IMG/VR virus record: IMGVR_UViG_3300028833_000092
Location: 1-64,000 of that record
DNA length: 64,000 nucleotides
Origin: a virus
Taxonomy: Duplodnaviria > Caudoviricetes
Direction: 5' to 3' (one strand)
Position numbers and translations under genes: made by a program. Of the stretch, positions 26,291 to 36,650 are shown piece by piece (positions within the stretch are counted from its first letter, which is position 1; each line of letters opens with the position of its first letter). The notes under the pieces are model-generated. The model was not told the DNA's origin. It saw only the letters and a list, made by a program, of their open reading frames with translations, and did not search any database.

Positions 26291-26536
26291 ATGGTAAAAG
26301 TAAGATTGAATACCATATCTGATGTCCAAAATTTTTGTCGATTATCGAGTAGTTTATACGGTGATGTTGACATTGTTTCTGGAAAGTATATGGTAAACGG
26401 AAAATCGATTTTAGGATTATTTAGTCTTGATCTTTCTAATCCAGTCGAAGTAATTGTTCATGAAGTTGTTCCAAGTGAAGAAATTCAATTTGAATCACAA
26501 CTTAAAAATTTAGGTTTAGTTGTGGAGGATAATTGA
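26291..26536 (+). CDS. HPr-family phosphocarrier-like protein
   Basis: VNGKSILGLFSL (HPr Ser46 motif); no His15 motif. Confidence 0.8.
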   Translation: MVKVRLNTISDVQNFCRLSSSLYGDVDIVSGKYMVNGKSILGLFSLDLSNPVEVIVHEVVPSEEIQFESQLKNLGLVVEDN

Positions 26537-26538
26537 AT

Positions 26539-29500
26539 ATGAAAGTTGTTAAGCGTGATGGACGAGAGGTTATATTTAATAAAGATAAAATAATAAATGC
26601 TATAAGTGCTGCGTTTAAAAGCGTTTATAACAATGAAATAACAGATGAACAATTGACAAAAGCCAATGATATTGCCAACTATATCGAAGGATTGAATAAA
26701 GATATGACAGTAGAAGACATTCAAGATATAGTTGAAAATAAATTAATGGCAAGTTCATATAAGAAAGTTGCAAAAGAATACATACTTTATAGAAATGATC
26801 GTACTATAGAACGAGAAAAAAAGAGTAAATTATCTAAAGATATTACACGTAGACTTAAAGCAACAAATGTAGAAAATCAAAATGCTAATGTCGATGAAAA
26901 ATCTTTTGGTGGAAGACTTGGTTCAATTACAAGTGATGTAATGAAACATTATGCTCTATATAATTGTATGTCAAAAAAATCGAGAATGAATCATTTAAAT
27001 AATAGAATATACATTCACGATTTAGATCATTACGCAATTGGAGATCATAATTGTTTGACCATTCCTTTTGATGACTTACTTGCGAAAGGTTTTAATACAA
27101 GACAGACAGATGTTCGTCCGGCAAATAGTGTAAGTACCGCTTTTCAATTAGTTGCAGTTATTTTCCAGATACAAAGTTTACAACAATTTGGTGGTGTAAG
27201 TGCTGGACATATAGACTGGACAATGATTCCTTATGTAAGAAAAAGTTTTTATAAACATTATAAAAATGGATGTAAATATATAAAAGGAATAGAAGAACTT
27301 GATTATAGTTTTACTCCAGATTTATCTATAGAAGAAGAAGATTATAAAATTTATTGTCCAGAAGCATATCAATATGCTATGGATATGACACAAAAAGAAA
27401 TTAAACAAGCGTGTGAAGGTATGTTTCATAACCTTAATTATTAGGGCGGCTTAACAGTAATGTTAAGAACATAGTTATCTAAACGGTGAAACTCTTTTAT
27501 AAAGACAATACCGTGCTAAATTATATTATCGTTAAAAATGAATTATACAGTTTATAGACACATAAATAAATTAAATAACAAACAATATATTGGAATAACC
27601 AAACAAAATCCACCATCTCATCGTTGGGGAAGTAATGGAGCAAATTATAAACAAAGTCCTCATTTTTGGAATGCTATTCAAAAATATGGATGGGATAATT
27701 TTGAGCATGAAATATTATTTATTAATTTATCAAAGGAAGAAGCGTGTAAAATAGAAAAAGAATTAATAAGCAAATATAAAACTCAAGATAAAAATTTTGG
27801 ATATAATTCTTTTGAAGGTGGAGACGCTCCTGAAATTCCACAAGAAGTAAGAGATAAGATGTCCAAATCTATGATGGGAAATAAAAATGGTTTAGGAAAA
27901 ATATGTTCTGAAGAAAAGAAGAAAAAAATAAGTGATGCGCAAAGAGGAAAAATACTTACTGAAGAACATAAACAAGCAATTTCAAAAGCAAAAAAAGGAA
28001 AAACACATAAACCATTAAGTAATGAAAGTAGAAAAAAGATATCAGATGCTCATATAAAAAATCCAGTATATTGTTTTGAAACAAATATAATATATGAATC
28101 AATTCAAGAGTGTTCAAGACAATTAAATGTTCCAGCTACAACAATTTGTAAAATATGTAAAAATAAATTGAAAAGTATACACGGATATCACTTTAAATAT
28201 TTTAACGATAATATATAAATGCCTAACGACTATTCCTATAAAACGGGAAGTAGAGTCAAGCGACTCGAAATGATAACCCCCTTTTTATTAAAGGGTGAAG
28301 ATATAGTCTAATCTTTATGGTGACATAAAGAAGTTCATAAGAGAACTGCATAAGCATAGCGAACTTATGTGAATAAAAATGTAATACATTACAATCACGC
28401 AGCGGTAATCAATTGCCTTTTTCTTCAATAAATACTGGTACTTGTACTTTAAAAGAAGGAAGAATGATTACAAAGGGATTACTTGAAGGTTGTTTAAGTG
28501 GTGTTGGTAAATTTCATAAAACAAGCATATTCCCTTGTTTAATCTTTCAATATATGAAAGGTGTAAATGATAAACCAGAAACACCCAATTATGATTTATA
28601 TCAACTTGCATTAAAATCAACTGCTCAGAGATTATATCCAAATTATGCAAACGTAAATTGGAGTGGAAATGCTGGATTCGATCCAAATGATCCTAAAACA
28701 TATTTTGTTACTATGGGTTGGTAATATGGCTCATATAAAACTTCGTGAACTTACAAATGTAGGGTGTCAGATTAACGAATAGTAATTGTAGGAAATGACA
28801 ACTAATAATCTGGCTAACAGGGAACGCTTATAAAGAAAATCCTGTGCTAAGACTTATAACTAAATAAATACCTTTTACGTGAGGTGTTTATGAAAGAATA
28901 TGATGGTTTTTTAGTAGATGATGATTTAAATATTTATAGTTCAAGAACTAAAAATAAATTAACGAGACATATGGGAAGTGATGGATATGAACAAGTTATG
29001 TATCGTGATAAAAATAATAAACTTCATCATCAACGAGTACATGTAATATTAGCAAATTGTTTTATAGACAATCCTAATAATTATAAGTACATAAATCATA
29101 AAGATAATAATAAAATGAATAATTCTTTAGATAATTTAGAATGGTGTACTAATTCTTACAATGTTTTTCAAAGTTGGCATGATGGCAGTTTTAGGCACAA
29201 ACGGTCAACTAAATTAAAAGTAGAAGATTTAAAACATAATCATATTGGAAATTATAAATCAATAAGAGAATGTGGAAAATCATTACATTTAGATAGACAT
29301 AAAATTGCAAGAGTATTAAAAGGTGAGTTAAAAGAAGATTATTTAGGTTATTTATTTAGTTATATTTAAAGTCAAACGACTATCGAAAACATAACATAAG
29401 AGAAAGACTTATGTAAAGAAGTGAGTAGAGTACATATAATGTGAAATTCATTATATGGAAGTGCGAAGCATTTATTATTTGGTAAAAGAGTAATAAATGA

Positions 29501-32289
29501 AGATATAGTCTAAATCCTCTTTTATAAGAGGTTTTGTGTAGAACTGCAAATGGATGGGATATAAATGGTTTCGGTCAACTTAAAGATGGGCGTGGAAATA
29601 TTTGTCCAGTAACCATAATTCTTCCAACAATAGCAATGGATGCTAAAGAAGAACTTGATAATGAAATAAAAGGAAGTTTCGTTCCTCAATCAGTTGAATG
29701 GTATCAAAATCAACATACTAAAAAGTTTTTGAAAATACTTGATAAAGCAATTGATGATGCGAAAGATATGCTTATTGAGAGATTTGAATATATATGTTCA
29801 CAATCTCCAGAAGCCGCAACATTTATGTATGAGAATAATGTTATGGCAGGATATGTTCCAGAAGAAGGAATACGAAGTGCTCTTAAACATGGAACACTTG
29901 CAGTTGGTCAATTAGGTCTTGCAGAATGTTTGCAAATTTTAATTCATTGTGATCATACTTCAAAAGAAGGTATGGAATTAGCCAAAAAAATAGAAAGTCT
30001 TTTTAAAGAAAAATGTGCAAAATTTAAAGAGGAATATAAATTAAATTTTGGCGTTTATTACACCCCTAAATGTAAAAGGTTAACATCTGTGGGGGCTTCT
30101 ATAGCGATATAGAATGATAAATCCGGCTAACTCAGGGGAAGTTCTTATGAATAATCCTGAACTAAATTAATAATTGTAAGGTAATAAATATGTATATTGA
30201 CAAAATACCAGATACGGCAAAACAAATTAAAAATTCTTTTGATTTTATTGATATAGACGGTAAAGTATATGGTATAGAAAATAGAAACAACAACAAACAT
30301 AAAGGACAACCATTTATAAAAACATTACATACAATATATGGTTATAAATATTGTGGAATAAGATATAAAAATGGTAAAGTTATATCGAAAAGAGTTCATA
30401 GACTTGTAGCTGAAGCATTTATTCCCAATCCTAATAATTATCCGATTGTAATGCATAAAGATAATAATAAAAAAAATAATCATATATCAAATTTAAAATG
30501 GGGAACAGTTTCAAATAATACACAACAAGCTGTTGATGATAAATTATTAGTAAATAAAAAAGGTTTTGAAGATAATCAATCTATTCCTTGTGAATGTTAT
30601 GATTCCTTAACCAATAAACACATTGGAACTTTTGGATCAATTTCAATTGCTTCACAAGAAATGAATATAACAAAGGGTGGAATATTATATCAGATTAATA
30701 ATCCAGATAAACCTATTAGAAAATCTTTTTATTTTACTAAATATGGAGAATCTCCTAAAAAACATGATATAATTTGTCAATATGATTTTAATACCGATAA
30801 AGAAATTAACCGTTTTATTTCAATTGGTAAAGCAAGTGAAATAACTAAAATAAGTCAAAATACTATATCTGAACAAATTAAAAATGGTTCAAAACCTAAA
30901 TGGTCAAAAACTAATACTTATTTTTTAAAATTACAATTATTATAAATGTGCAGAGACTATCGAAAACAATATAGTGAGTAGAGTAGCGAATAGCGAAAGA
31001 CCGGACTCTTTCAGTGCGAAAGATGAAAATATAGTCCAAAACAAAAGGCAGAAAACCTATGTTTCACTGCAATGACGAAGTTTAAAGAAAAGTATGGTGA
31101 AATACCAAATGTTTCCGATAAGAAATTTTTTACAAATTCAATACATGTTCCAGTATGGATCGAAATGAGTCCAATGGAAAAAATAGATATTGAATCACAA
31201 TTAACTGGGTATTCGAGTGCTGGATGCATCACATATGTTGAACTTGATGGAACAGTAAAACATAATTTAAAGGCTCTTGAATCAATTGTTAATTATGCTA
31301 TGGAAAAAGATATTCCTTATTTTGCAATTAATGTTCCAAATGATACTTGTCTTGATTGTGGATATTGTGATGAAATGAATGATACTTGTCCTCAATGTGG
31401 TGGACATAGAATTCAAAGATTAAGACGAGTTACAGGGTTATCTGAATAATTGCTAGGAAATGCCCTTCAATTGTCGTAAAACTATATAATAATAGTGTTT
31501 CATTAGCCAGAATCCTAATAAGGATCATAAGTAAAATAATAACTAATGAGGTATCAAGAGATGAATAAAAATAATTCAAACCTTGAGTTTAGAAAAATAA
31601 AATCATTAAAATTTTTATATGAAGTGAATGAAAACGGAACAATATTTAGAAATGTGAAATCTAAAAAACAATTAAAAATAAAATTAGATTTACATCATTC
31701 AAAAACTGGTTACTATACAACATTTATACATATGGGTGGTCGTTCTCAAAATAGTAGAACTATAAGAGTTCCTATACATCGTGTTGTTGCAGAATGTTGG
31801 TTGGGTGATATTCCAGAAGGTATGGAAGTAGACCATATAGACAGAAATACTCATAATAATGATTATCGAAATTTAAGATATGTCACAAAAAGTGAACAGA
31901 TGAAAAATCGTGATCATTCGAATATTTCTAAAACTGGTGCAAAAAATTTAGAAAAAGCCAGACAAGAAAGGTCAAAATCAGTAATAATAAAAAATGAATT
32001 AGAAGAAATTAAATTCAATTCATATGCAGATTGTTCCAGATATTTAGCAGAAAAATTTAGTAAAACATTTGAACATATAAGACATAAACTAAAAAATCAT
32101 CGTTCATATATTTATGGTTATGAAATTATTTATTCTAAATGCAGAGACTAAACACGACAGCTCTACGGAGCAAGAAATAGTCCACAGTTATGTGATTTAA
32201 CTGGCAATTATACAACTGCATTTAACGAAGGAAAGATACAAGAAGTTGAAATGCGTGTAAAGCATCAATCATTTTCGGGGAGATTTTAA
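26539..32289 (+). CDS. nrdD: anaerobic ribonucleoside-triphosphate reductase, 5 exons: 26539-27434, 28382-28718, 29537-30067, 31048-31438, 32195-32289 (749 aa)
   Basis: ATP cone (VVKRDG), HDLD, HNC; spliced junctions restore HNLNTLQSRSGNQ, TMGCRT, YTPAENLC, RRVTGYL; exons sum to 2250 nt. Confidence 0.93.
27435..28381 (+). mobile_element. group I intron 1 in nrdD
   Basis: P1 CCU|UAA..UUAGGG with U.G at splice site; GACUA/AUAGUC P7; terminal G. Confidence 0.88.
27538..28218 (+). CDS. GIY-YIG homing endonuclease with NUMOD3 repeats
   Basis: TVYRHIN..QYIGIT, RW, GYN; repeated SEEKKKKIS-type motifs. Confidence 0.9.
   Translation: MNYTVYRHINKLNNKQYIGITKQNPPSHRWGSNGANYKQSPHFWNAIQKYGWDNFEHEILFINLSKEEACKIEKELISKYKTQDKNFGYNSFEGGDAPEIPQEVRDKMSKSMMGNKNGLGKICSEEKKKKISDAQRGKILTEEHKQAISKAKKGKTHKPLSNESRKKISDAHIKNPVYCFETNIIYESIQECSRQLNVPATTICKICKNKLKSIHGYHFKYFNDNI
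28719..29536 (+). mobile_element. group I intron 2 in nrdD
   Basis: P1 AUGGGU|..GCUCAU; GACUA/AUAGUC; terminal G before TGT(Cys). Confidence 0.88.
28890..29369 (+). CDS. HNH homing endonuclease
   Basis: RVH..F, INHKDNNKMNNSLDNLEWCT..N. Confidence 0.9.
   Translation: MKEYDGFLVDDDLNIYSSRTKNKLTRHMGSDGYEQVMYRDKNNKLHHQRVHVILANCFIDNPNNYKYINHKDNNKMNNSLDNLEWCTNSYNVFQSWHDGSFRHKRSTKLKVEDLKHNHIGNYKSIRECGKSLHLDRHKIARVLKGELKEDYLGYLFSYI
30068..31047 (+). mobile_element. group I intron 3 in nrdD
   Basis: P1 CCCCU|..GGGGG; GACUA/AUAGUC; terminal G before GCA GAA. Confidence 0.88.
30190..30945 (+). CDS. HNH homing endonuclease with NUMOD1-like repeats
   Basis: VHRLVAEAFIPNP, MHKDNNKKNNHISNLKW; FGSISIAS / FISIGKAS. 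Confidence 0.9.
   Translation: MYIDKIPDTAKQIKNSFDFIDIDGKVYGIENRNNNKHKGQPFIKTLHTIYGYKYCGIRYKNGKVISKRVHRLVAEAFIPNPNNYPIVMHKDNNKKNNHISNLKWGTVSNNTQQAVDDKLLVNKKGFEDNQSIPCECYDSLTNKHIGTFGSISIASQEMNITKGGILYQINNPDKPIRKSFYFTKYGESPKKHDIICQYDFNTDKEINRFISIGKASEITKISQNTISEQIKNGSKPKWSKTNTYFLKLQLL
31439..32194 (+). mobile_element. group I intron 4 in nrdD
   Basis: P1 AGGGU|..GCCCU; GACUA/AUAGUC; terminal G; splits the Tyr codon after the glycyl-radical Gly. Confidence 0.85.
31546..32151 (+). CDS. HNH homing endonuclease
   Basis: IHRVVAECW, VDHIDRNTHNNDYRNLRYV. Confidence 0.9.
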   Translation: MRYQEMNKNNSNLEFRKIKSLKFLYEVNENGTIFRNVKSKKQLKIKLDLHHSKTGYYTTFIHMGGRSQNSRTIRVPIHRVVAECWLGDIPEGMEVDHIDRNTHNNDYRNLRYVTKSEQMKNRDHSNISKTGAKNLEKARQERSKSVIIKNELEEIKFNSYADCSRYLAEKFSKTFEHIRHKLKNHRSYIYGYEIIYSKCRD

Positions 32290-32290
32290 A

Positions 32291-32686
32291 ATGAATGAAA
32301 ATAAATTATCTAAAACTACATTTTATTGTCCTAATTTATCAAAAGAATGGATAGAAAAAAATGGATTTAGATATAACAAATCTCTTAGTTCCGAAGAAGA
32401 TGGTAACATTTATACAATGAGATTTCCAGTTTTAAACTGGAATCTCTATGTTACCGTTGAAGCGGAAGTAATACTCAATGCTACTGATAATATTGCACAT
32501 ATTAATTGTTTTGACAGAGGAACAAGAAGTTTATATGGAGCATTTTATGCATATGAATATGGCAATTATAGTCCAGTAGTTGATGAAATTAATAAAACAA
32601 TAGAAAAAAAGATTAAAAAGATGGGATTGATTTCTACTGATATAGTAAGAAATGAAATGTTTACAATTCCTAAAAAGGAGAAATAA
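32291..32686 (+). CDS. hypothetical phage protein
   Basis: GGGGAG RBS, follows nrdD stop. Confidence 0.7.
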   Translation: MNENKLSKTTFYCPNLSKEWIEKNGFRYNKSLSSEEDGNIYTMRFPVLNWNLYVTVEAEVILNATDNIAHINCFDRGTRSLYGAFYAYEYGNYSPVVDEINKTIEKKIKKMGLISTDIVRNEMFTIPKKEK

Positions 32687-32687
32687 T

Positions 32688-33212
32688 ATGACACCAGTTG
32701 CTAAGTTTGAAAAAGTGAGTAAAGAACAGTATATAAAAGATTTTAAGAATTTATATCCCGAACTTGAATATACTGAAAATGATATACTAATGATTGAACA
32801 GATTTGGGAAGATATTAAACTTCCTACAAGGTCTGATCCCGGCTCTGCTGGATATGATTTTTATTGTAATATTCCACTTATGGATTTAGACCCTATGAAA
32901 GCATTCACTGTTCCTACTGGAATAAGATGTAAGATTGAAGATGGTTGGGTTCTTTTATTAATGCCAAGAAGTGGTATGGGATTTAAATATGGTATGAAAT
33001 TACATAATACGATAGGTGTAATTGATTCATCATATTATAATGCACAAAATGAAGGTCATATTATGGTTAAGTTTTCACATACTTCTCCAGACCCAATAAC
33101 TATTAATGTCGGAGATCGATTTGTTCAAGGTATTTTTGTTCCTTATGGAATAACCGAAGATGACAACGCACAAGGAGAAAGAACTGGAGGATTTGGCAGT
33201 TCTGGAAATTAA
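32688..33212 (+). CDS. dut: dUTPase (trimeric)
   Basis: SAGYD, PRSG, GVIDSSY, QGIF, RTGGFGSSG; ATG 32688 after AAGGAG. Confidence 0.95.
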   Translation: MTPVAKFEKVSKEQYIKDFKNLYPELEYTENDILMIEQIWEDIKLPTRSDPGSAGYDFYCNIPLMDLDPMKAFTVPTGIRCKIEDGWVLLLMPRSGMGFKYGMKLHNTIGVIDSSYYNAQNEGHIMVKFSHTSPDPITINVGDRFVQGIFVPYGITEDDNAQGERTGGFGSSGN

Positions 33213-33224
33213 AAGGAGAGATAT

Positions 33225-34421
33225 ATGTTAAATAAAAATGGTATTCGTGAATTAGCATATGTAGTAAAAATTGATGATATTCAACCTATTATCGGTTCAG
33301 ATAATTGCGAAGCCGCAATCGTTGGTGGGTGGAAAGTAATGGTTCGTAAAGAAACATTTAAGCCCGGAGATTTAGCTGTTTATTTTGAAATTGATTCAAA
33401 GGTTCCTGAAACTGAGGTATTTGAATTTCTTGCAAAAAAACATTATAAAATTAAAACACAAAAATATACTTTTGGTGGAGCAAATAAAGAAGGATTTTAT
33501 TCTCAAGGATTATTAATGCATTTTAATGATTTTGGATGGGAAAAGGATGCTCATAAAGAAGGTGATTTTCTTACCGAAGAATTAGGTGTAACTTATGCTG
33601 AACCAGAAGATAATAAAAGAAAATCATCTGGAAGTGATAAATATAAAAAGATGGCGGCAAGACATCCTAAGTTATTCCAGAATCCTATAATTAAAAAAAT
33701 ATATAAGAATAAAACTGGCAAGAAAATTTTATTTTTCTTTTTTGGCAAAAAACAAGATAAATTAGATTTTCCTTCTTGGGTAATTAAAACCGATGAAGAA
33801 AGAATTCAGAATTTACAACATATGATTCCAGAATTTTGTAAAGAAAAATGGATTGCTACCGAAAAAATTGATGGAACATCGACCACTTTTACTCTTCATA
33901 AGAGAGGTCATAAAAAATTCGAATATGCAGTTTGCAGTAGAAACGTAAGAATGACTGAATTTAAAAATGGTGGTTATTACGAAAATAATGTATATACAGA
34001 AATGTCAACTAAATACAATATGAAAAATGTTCTTCTCGATATGCTTAATAGAGCACCCAAATGTGATTATGTGACTATTCAAGGTGAAACATATGGTGAA
34101 GGAATTCAAAAACGTAACTATAATACAAAAGAACATAATTTAGTTGTTTTCAATGTAATTTTCGGCAAAGATGATGGATTAACTTTAAGATTAAATCCTT
34201 TAAAAATGAAAGAACTTATGGATTGTTATAATATTCCTACAGTTCCAATTATAGCTGAAGATGTTGAACTTCCAGAGACTTGCGATGAAATACTTGTTAT
34301 GGCTCATGGTAAATCTCAATTTGATGATGATTTAAGAGAAGGAATTGTATTTAGAAACTATGATGCTACAAAATCATTTAAAGCAGTAGATAATGAATTC
34401 TTATTAAAATATCATGGATAA
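33225..34421 (+). CDS. ATP-dependent RNA ligase (DRB0094/Rnl5-like, N-terminal OB domain)
   Basis: VYFEIDS, SQGL, KTDEERIQN, EKIDGTS (motif I), CSRN, QGE, EGIVF, SFKA. Confidence 0.88.
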   Translation: MLNKNGIRELAYVVKIDDIQPIIGSDNCEAAIVGGWKVMVRKETFKPGDLAVYFEIDSKVPETEVFEFLAKKHYKIKTQKYTFGGANKEGFYSQGLLMHFNDFGWEKDAHKEGDFLTEELGVTYAEPEDNKRKSSGSDKYKKMAARHPKLFQNPIIKKIYKNKTGKKILFFFFGKKQDKLDFPSWVIKTDEERIQNLQHMIPEFCKEKWIATEKIDGTSTTFTLHKRGHKKFEYAVCSRNVRMTEFKNGGYYENNVYTEMSTKYNMKNVLLDMLNRAPKCDYVTIQGETYGEGIQKRNYNTKEHNLVVFNVIFGKDDGLTLRLNPLKMKELMDCYNIPTVPIIAEDVELPETCDEILVMAHGKSQFDDDLREGIVFRNYDATKSFKAVDNEFLLKYHG

Positions 34422-34425
34422 TGCG

Positions 34426-34463
34426 AAAAAAGGGATTACTAAATGTAATCCCTTATTTTTTTT
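34426..34463. terminator. bidirectional intrinsic terminator between convergent arms
   Basis: A-tract, AAGGGATTAC-TAAAT-GTAATCCCTT, T-tract. Confidence 0.85.
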
Positions 34464-34692
34464 AATCATTTGTTGTTTCAGAATTATTTGTAGTTTGTCC
34501 TATAAAAATCATAACTGCACTAGAAGAAGAAATTTTTATTCTTTTAACTTCATATCCATCAAGTAAAGTATCTTCTACTGCCGCATAACCGGGAGCATTA
34601 AAAGATATAATATTAGCATCATTTTCATCTATAAGAGTTATTGTTATATTAGCATTGATGCTAAGTGCTTCAAGTAAACTTCTTAATGTCAT
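34462..34692 (-). CDS. hypothetical protein
   Basis: ORF track, AAGGA RBS. Confidence 0.7.
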   Translation of the reverse strand: MTLRSLLEALSINANITITLIDENDANIISFNAPGYAAVEDTLLDGYEVKRIKISSSSAVMIFIGQTTNNSETTND

Positions 34693-34706
34693 ATTATTTC
34701 CATCCT

Positions 34707-36194
34707 TTATTTAAGATACATACTAGAACAATATCCAGTATATTTTAATCCATTTATTGTTGTTTGAACTAATAACCATTTAATTCCCAATACTGTTGTA
34801 TAATATCCATAACAACGAACAACAGTACCTTTAGGCATTGTTAATTCTTTTTTCTTTGTCATTCCAGCGCCTACTCTTAAATTCAAAGCAGTTGTTGTCG
34901 TATATGATCTATTAAGATTAGCATCATATGACTTTGCTTTTTCTATTTCAGAACTTGGTATTGGTTCTGGAAGAGGTGTAGGAGTTGGTTCTGGTGTAGG
35001 AGTTGGTGTAGGAGGAACTGGCGTAGGTTCTGGCGTAGGTGTTACCCCATCCATCTTATCTTTAACTATTTTTCTAAACCAATTCATATCTTTACCAAAT
35101 TTAGATAACCAATTCTCAGGATCAGAATGACTTGAAGCCATTCCTTGCGCTGCAGCTTCTTTATGTGAAACAATATTATTTAAAGGTAAACTAAATGTTT
35201 TACAAAGATAAGCACATAAATCAGTCGCATAATCCATCACTTTATTGAAATAATCTTCATTAGTAAGATCATCTTCACACATTTCAAACTGAATAAAAGG
35301 TTTGTCATTTGGATGAGTTTTAGTTGCTGGATAATTATATGATCCAACTTTGCCACGACCACATCCCCATGTACACATATTCCACGGTAATGTTTGTCTA
35401 CCAGTTACATTACCATTCTTATCTTTGCCTACAAATGCAGATACACATTTTTCGATACCCGGATGATTCCAGTCATTACCATTAGAATTTAAGCCAATAA
35501 TACCGTCATCTGGTTGAACATATCTTTTAATTGAAGGATTATTACATCCAGTGCTATGGACTACAATACCTTGAGGTATCATTGCCCATCCATCTTTGTA
35601 ACAATCATTGTTTGTTAAGAATATCTGAGGAATCGAAAATTTTGACGGAGTAGGTTCAGATAAATATTTATCATAAAAATCTTGAGCATATTGAGTTCTC
35701 TTGTCAAGAGTTGCTTGTCTAGTGCTTGGGTCTAATACAGAACCCGGAACTTCATATTTAAGAACTACAATTTCTGCACACGATCTTACTGTATTATTGG
35801 GAGATATTAATTCAGTTAAAACTGATTTATAGGCTTGACTTAATTCAATATAAATATATTCAGTTCCTACTGATAAATCGCCAACAGAAAGATTTTTACT
35901 TTTAGCATAATTATGATAACCAGTTTTTCTTCCCTCTCGTGTCCACTGACACAACCCATACCCGGCTGCGTCCGTATCGAATTTTGTATATGTTCCAGTA
36001 TCTACTGCTTCAGTATATTCTTCATCAGTAAGATTAAATATTTTATTATATTTGTTTTGAAGGTTATTCGGATATAATCTGCTCTCTGCATAAATATTTC
36101 CCAATAATCCAGCAATACCATTATTGTTTAATCCTTTTGATCTCATGTAATCAATGATATAAAGAACGGCTTGTTCATTATAATTTTCTATCAT
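34707..36194 (-). CDS. endolysin: phage-tail-lysozyme domain + amidase_2 + Pro/Thr linker + SH3b
   Basis: GNIYAES..GYGLCQWT; IVVHST, FEMCED, SHKE, HSDP; PTP repeats; LNLRVGAG. Confidence 0.88.
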   Translation of the reverse strand: MIENYNEQAVLYIIDYMRSKGLNNNGIAGLLGNIYAESRLYPNNLQNKYNKIFNLTDEEYTEAVDTGTYTKFDTDAAGYGLCQWTREGRKTGYHNYAKSKNLSVGDLSVGTEYIYIELSQAYKSVLTELISPNNTVRSCAEIVVLKYEVPGSVLDPSTRQATLDKRTQYAQDFYDKYLSEPTPSKFSIPQIFLTNNDCYKDGWAMIPQGIVVHSTGCNNPSIKRYVQPDDGIIGLNSNGNDWNHPGIEKCVSAFVGKDKNGNVTGRQTLPWNMCTWGCGRGKVGSYNYPATKTHPNDKPFIQFEMCEDDLTNEDYFNKVMDYATDLCAYLCKTFSLPLNNIVSHKEAAAQGMASSHSDPENWLSKFGKDMNWFRKIVKDKMDGVTPTPEPTPVPPTPTPTPEPTPTPLPEPIPSSEIEKAKSYDANLNRSYTTTTALNLRVGAGMTKKKELTMPKGTVVRCYGYYTTVLGIKWLLVQTTINGLKYTGYCSSMYLK

Positions 36195-36526
36195 CTCATC
36201 GATTCCTCCTCATTTTCATTTTCATCTAAATATTCTAAATTATTATATAATCTAGAATTATAAATAAGTTTATTTTTCTCTTCTTCTCTAGTTTCAAAAA
36301 ATGATTTAGCAAGATATGGTATTATTACAAAAATAATATTTGCAACAATTGCAATTGCTAATTTTTCTGCAATTTGTTCTCTCCCCATAAACGCAAGAAT
36401 ATATGATAATTGAATATCAAATACTGACATCCATAATAATCTACCAACCCATACTTTAGAGAATGTTAGTTTAGTGATTATTCTCTTTTTTTTCTTTTTC
36501 TTTCGAAATTTTTCCCTTATGTTCAT
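36191..36526 (-). CDS. putative holin
   Basis: Basic N-terminus, two TM segments, coupled to endolysin. Confidence 0.6.
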   Translation of the reverse strand: MNIREKFRKKKKKKRIITKLTFSKVWVGRLLWMSVFDIQLSYILAFMGREQIAEKLAIAIVANIIFVIIPYLAKSFFETREEEKNKLIYNSRLYNNLEYLDENENEEESMR

Positions 36527-36650
36527 ATTTACTCCTACGAGTTATTCTCTGCATACATAATTATTACTCTGTTAACAGTAACAACAGTGCTAGCATATTG
36601 TGTAACATTATATGTGCCATTTTGAGTTATTTGTATTGAACCTGATACTG

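Noticed and set aside
26533-31449. nrdD fragments as pseudogene pieces or inteins
   Set aside because: Exons splice into one frame with group I hallmarks; in-frame stops exclude inteins
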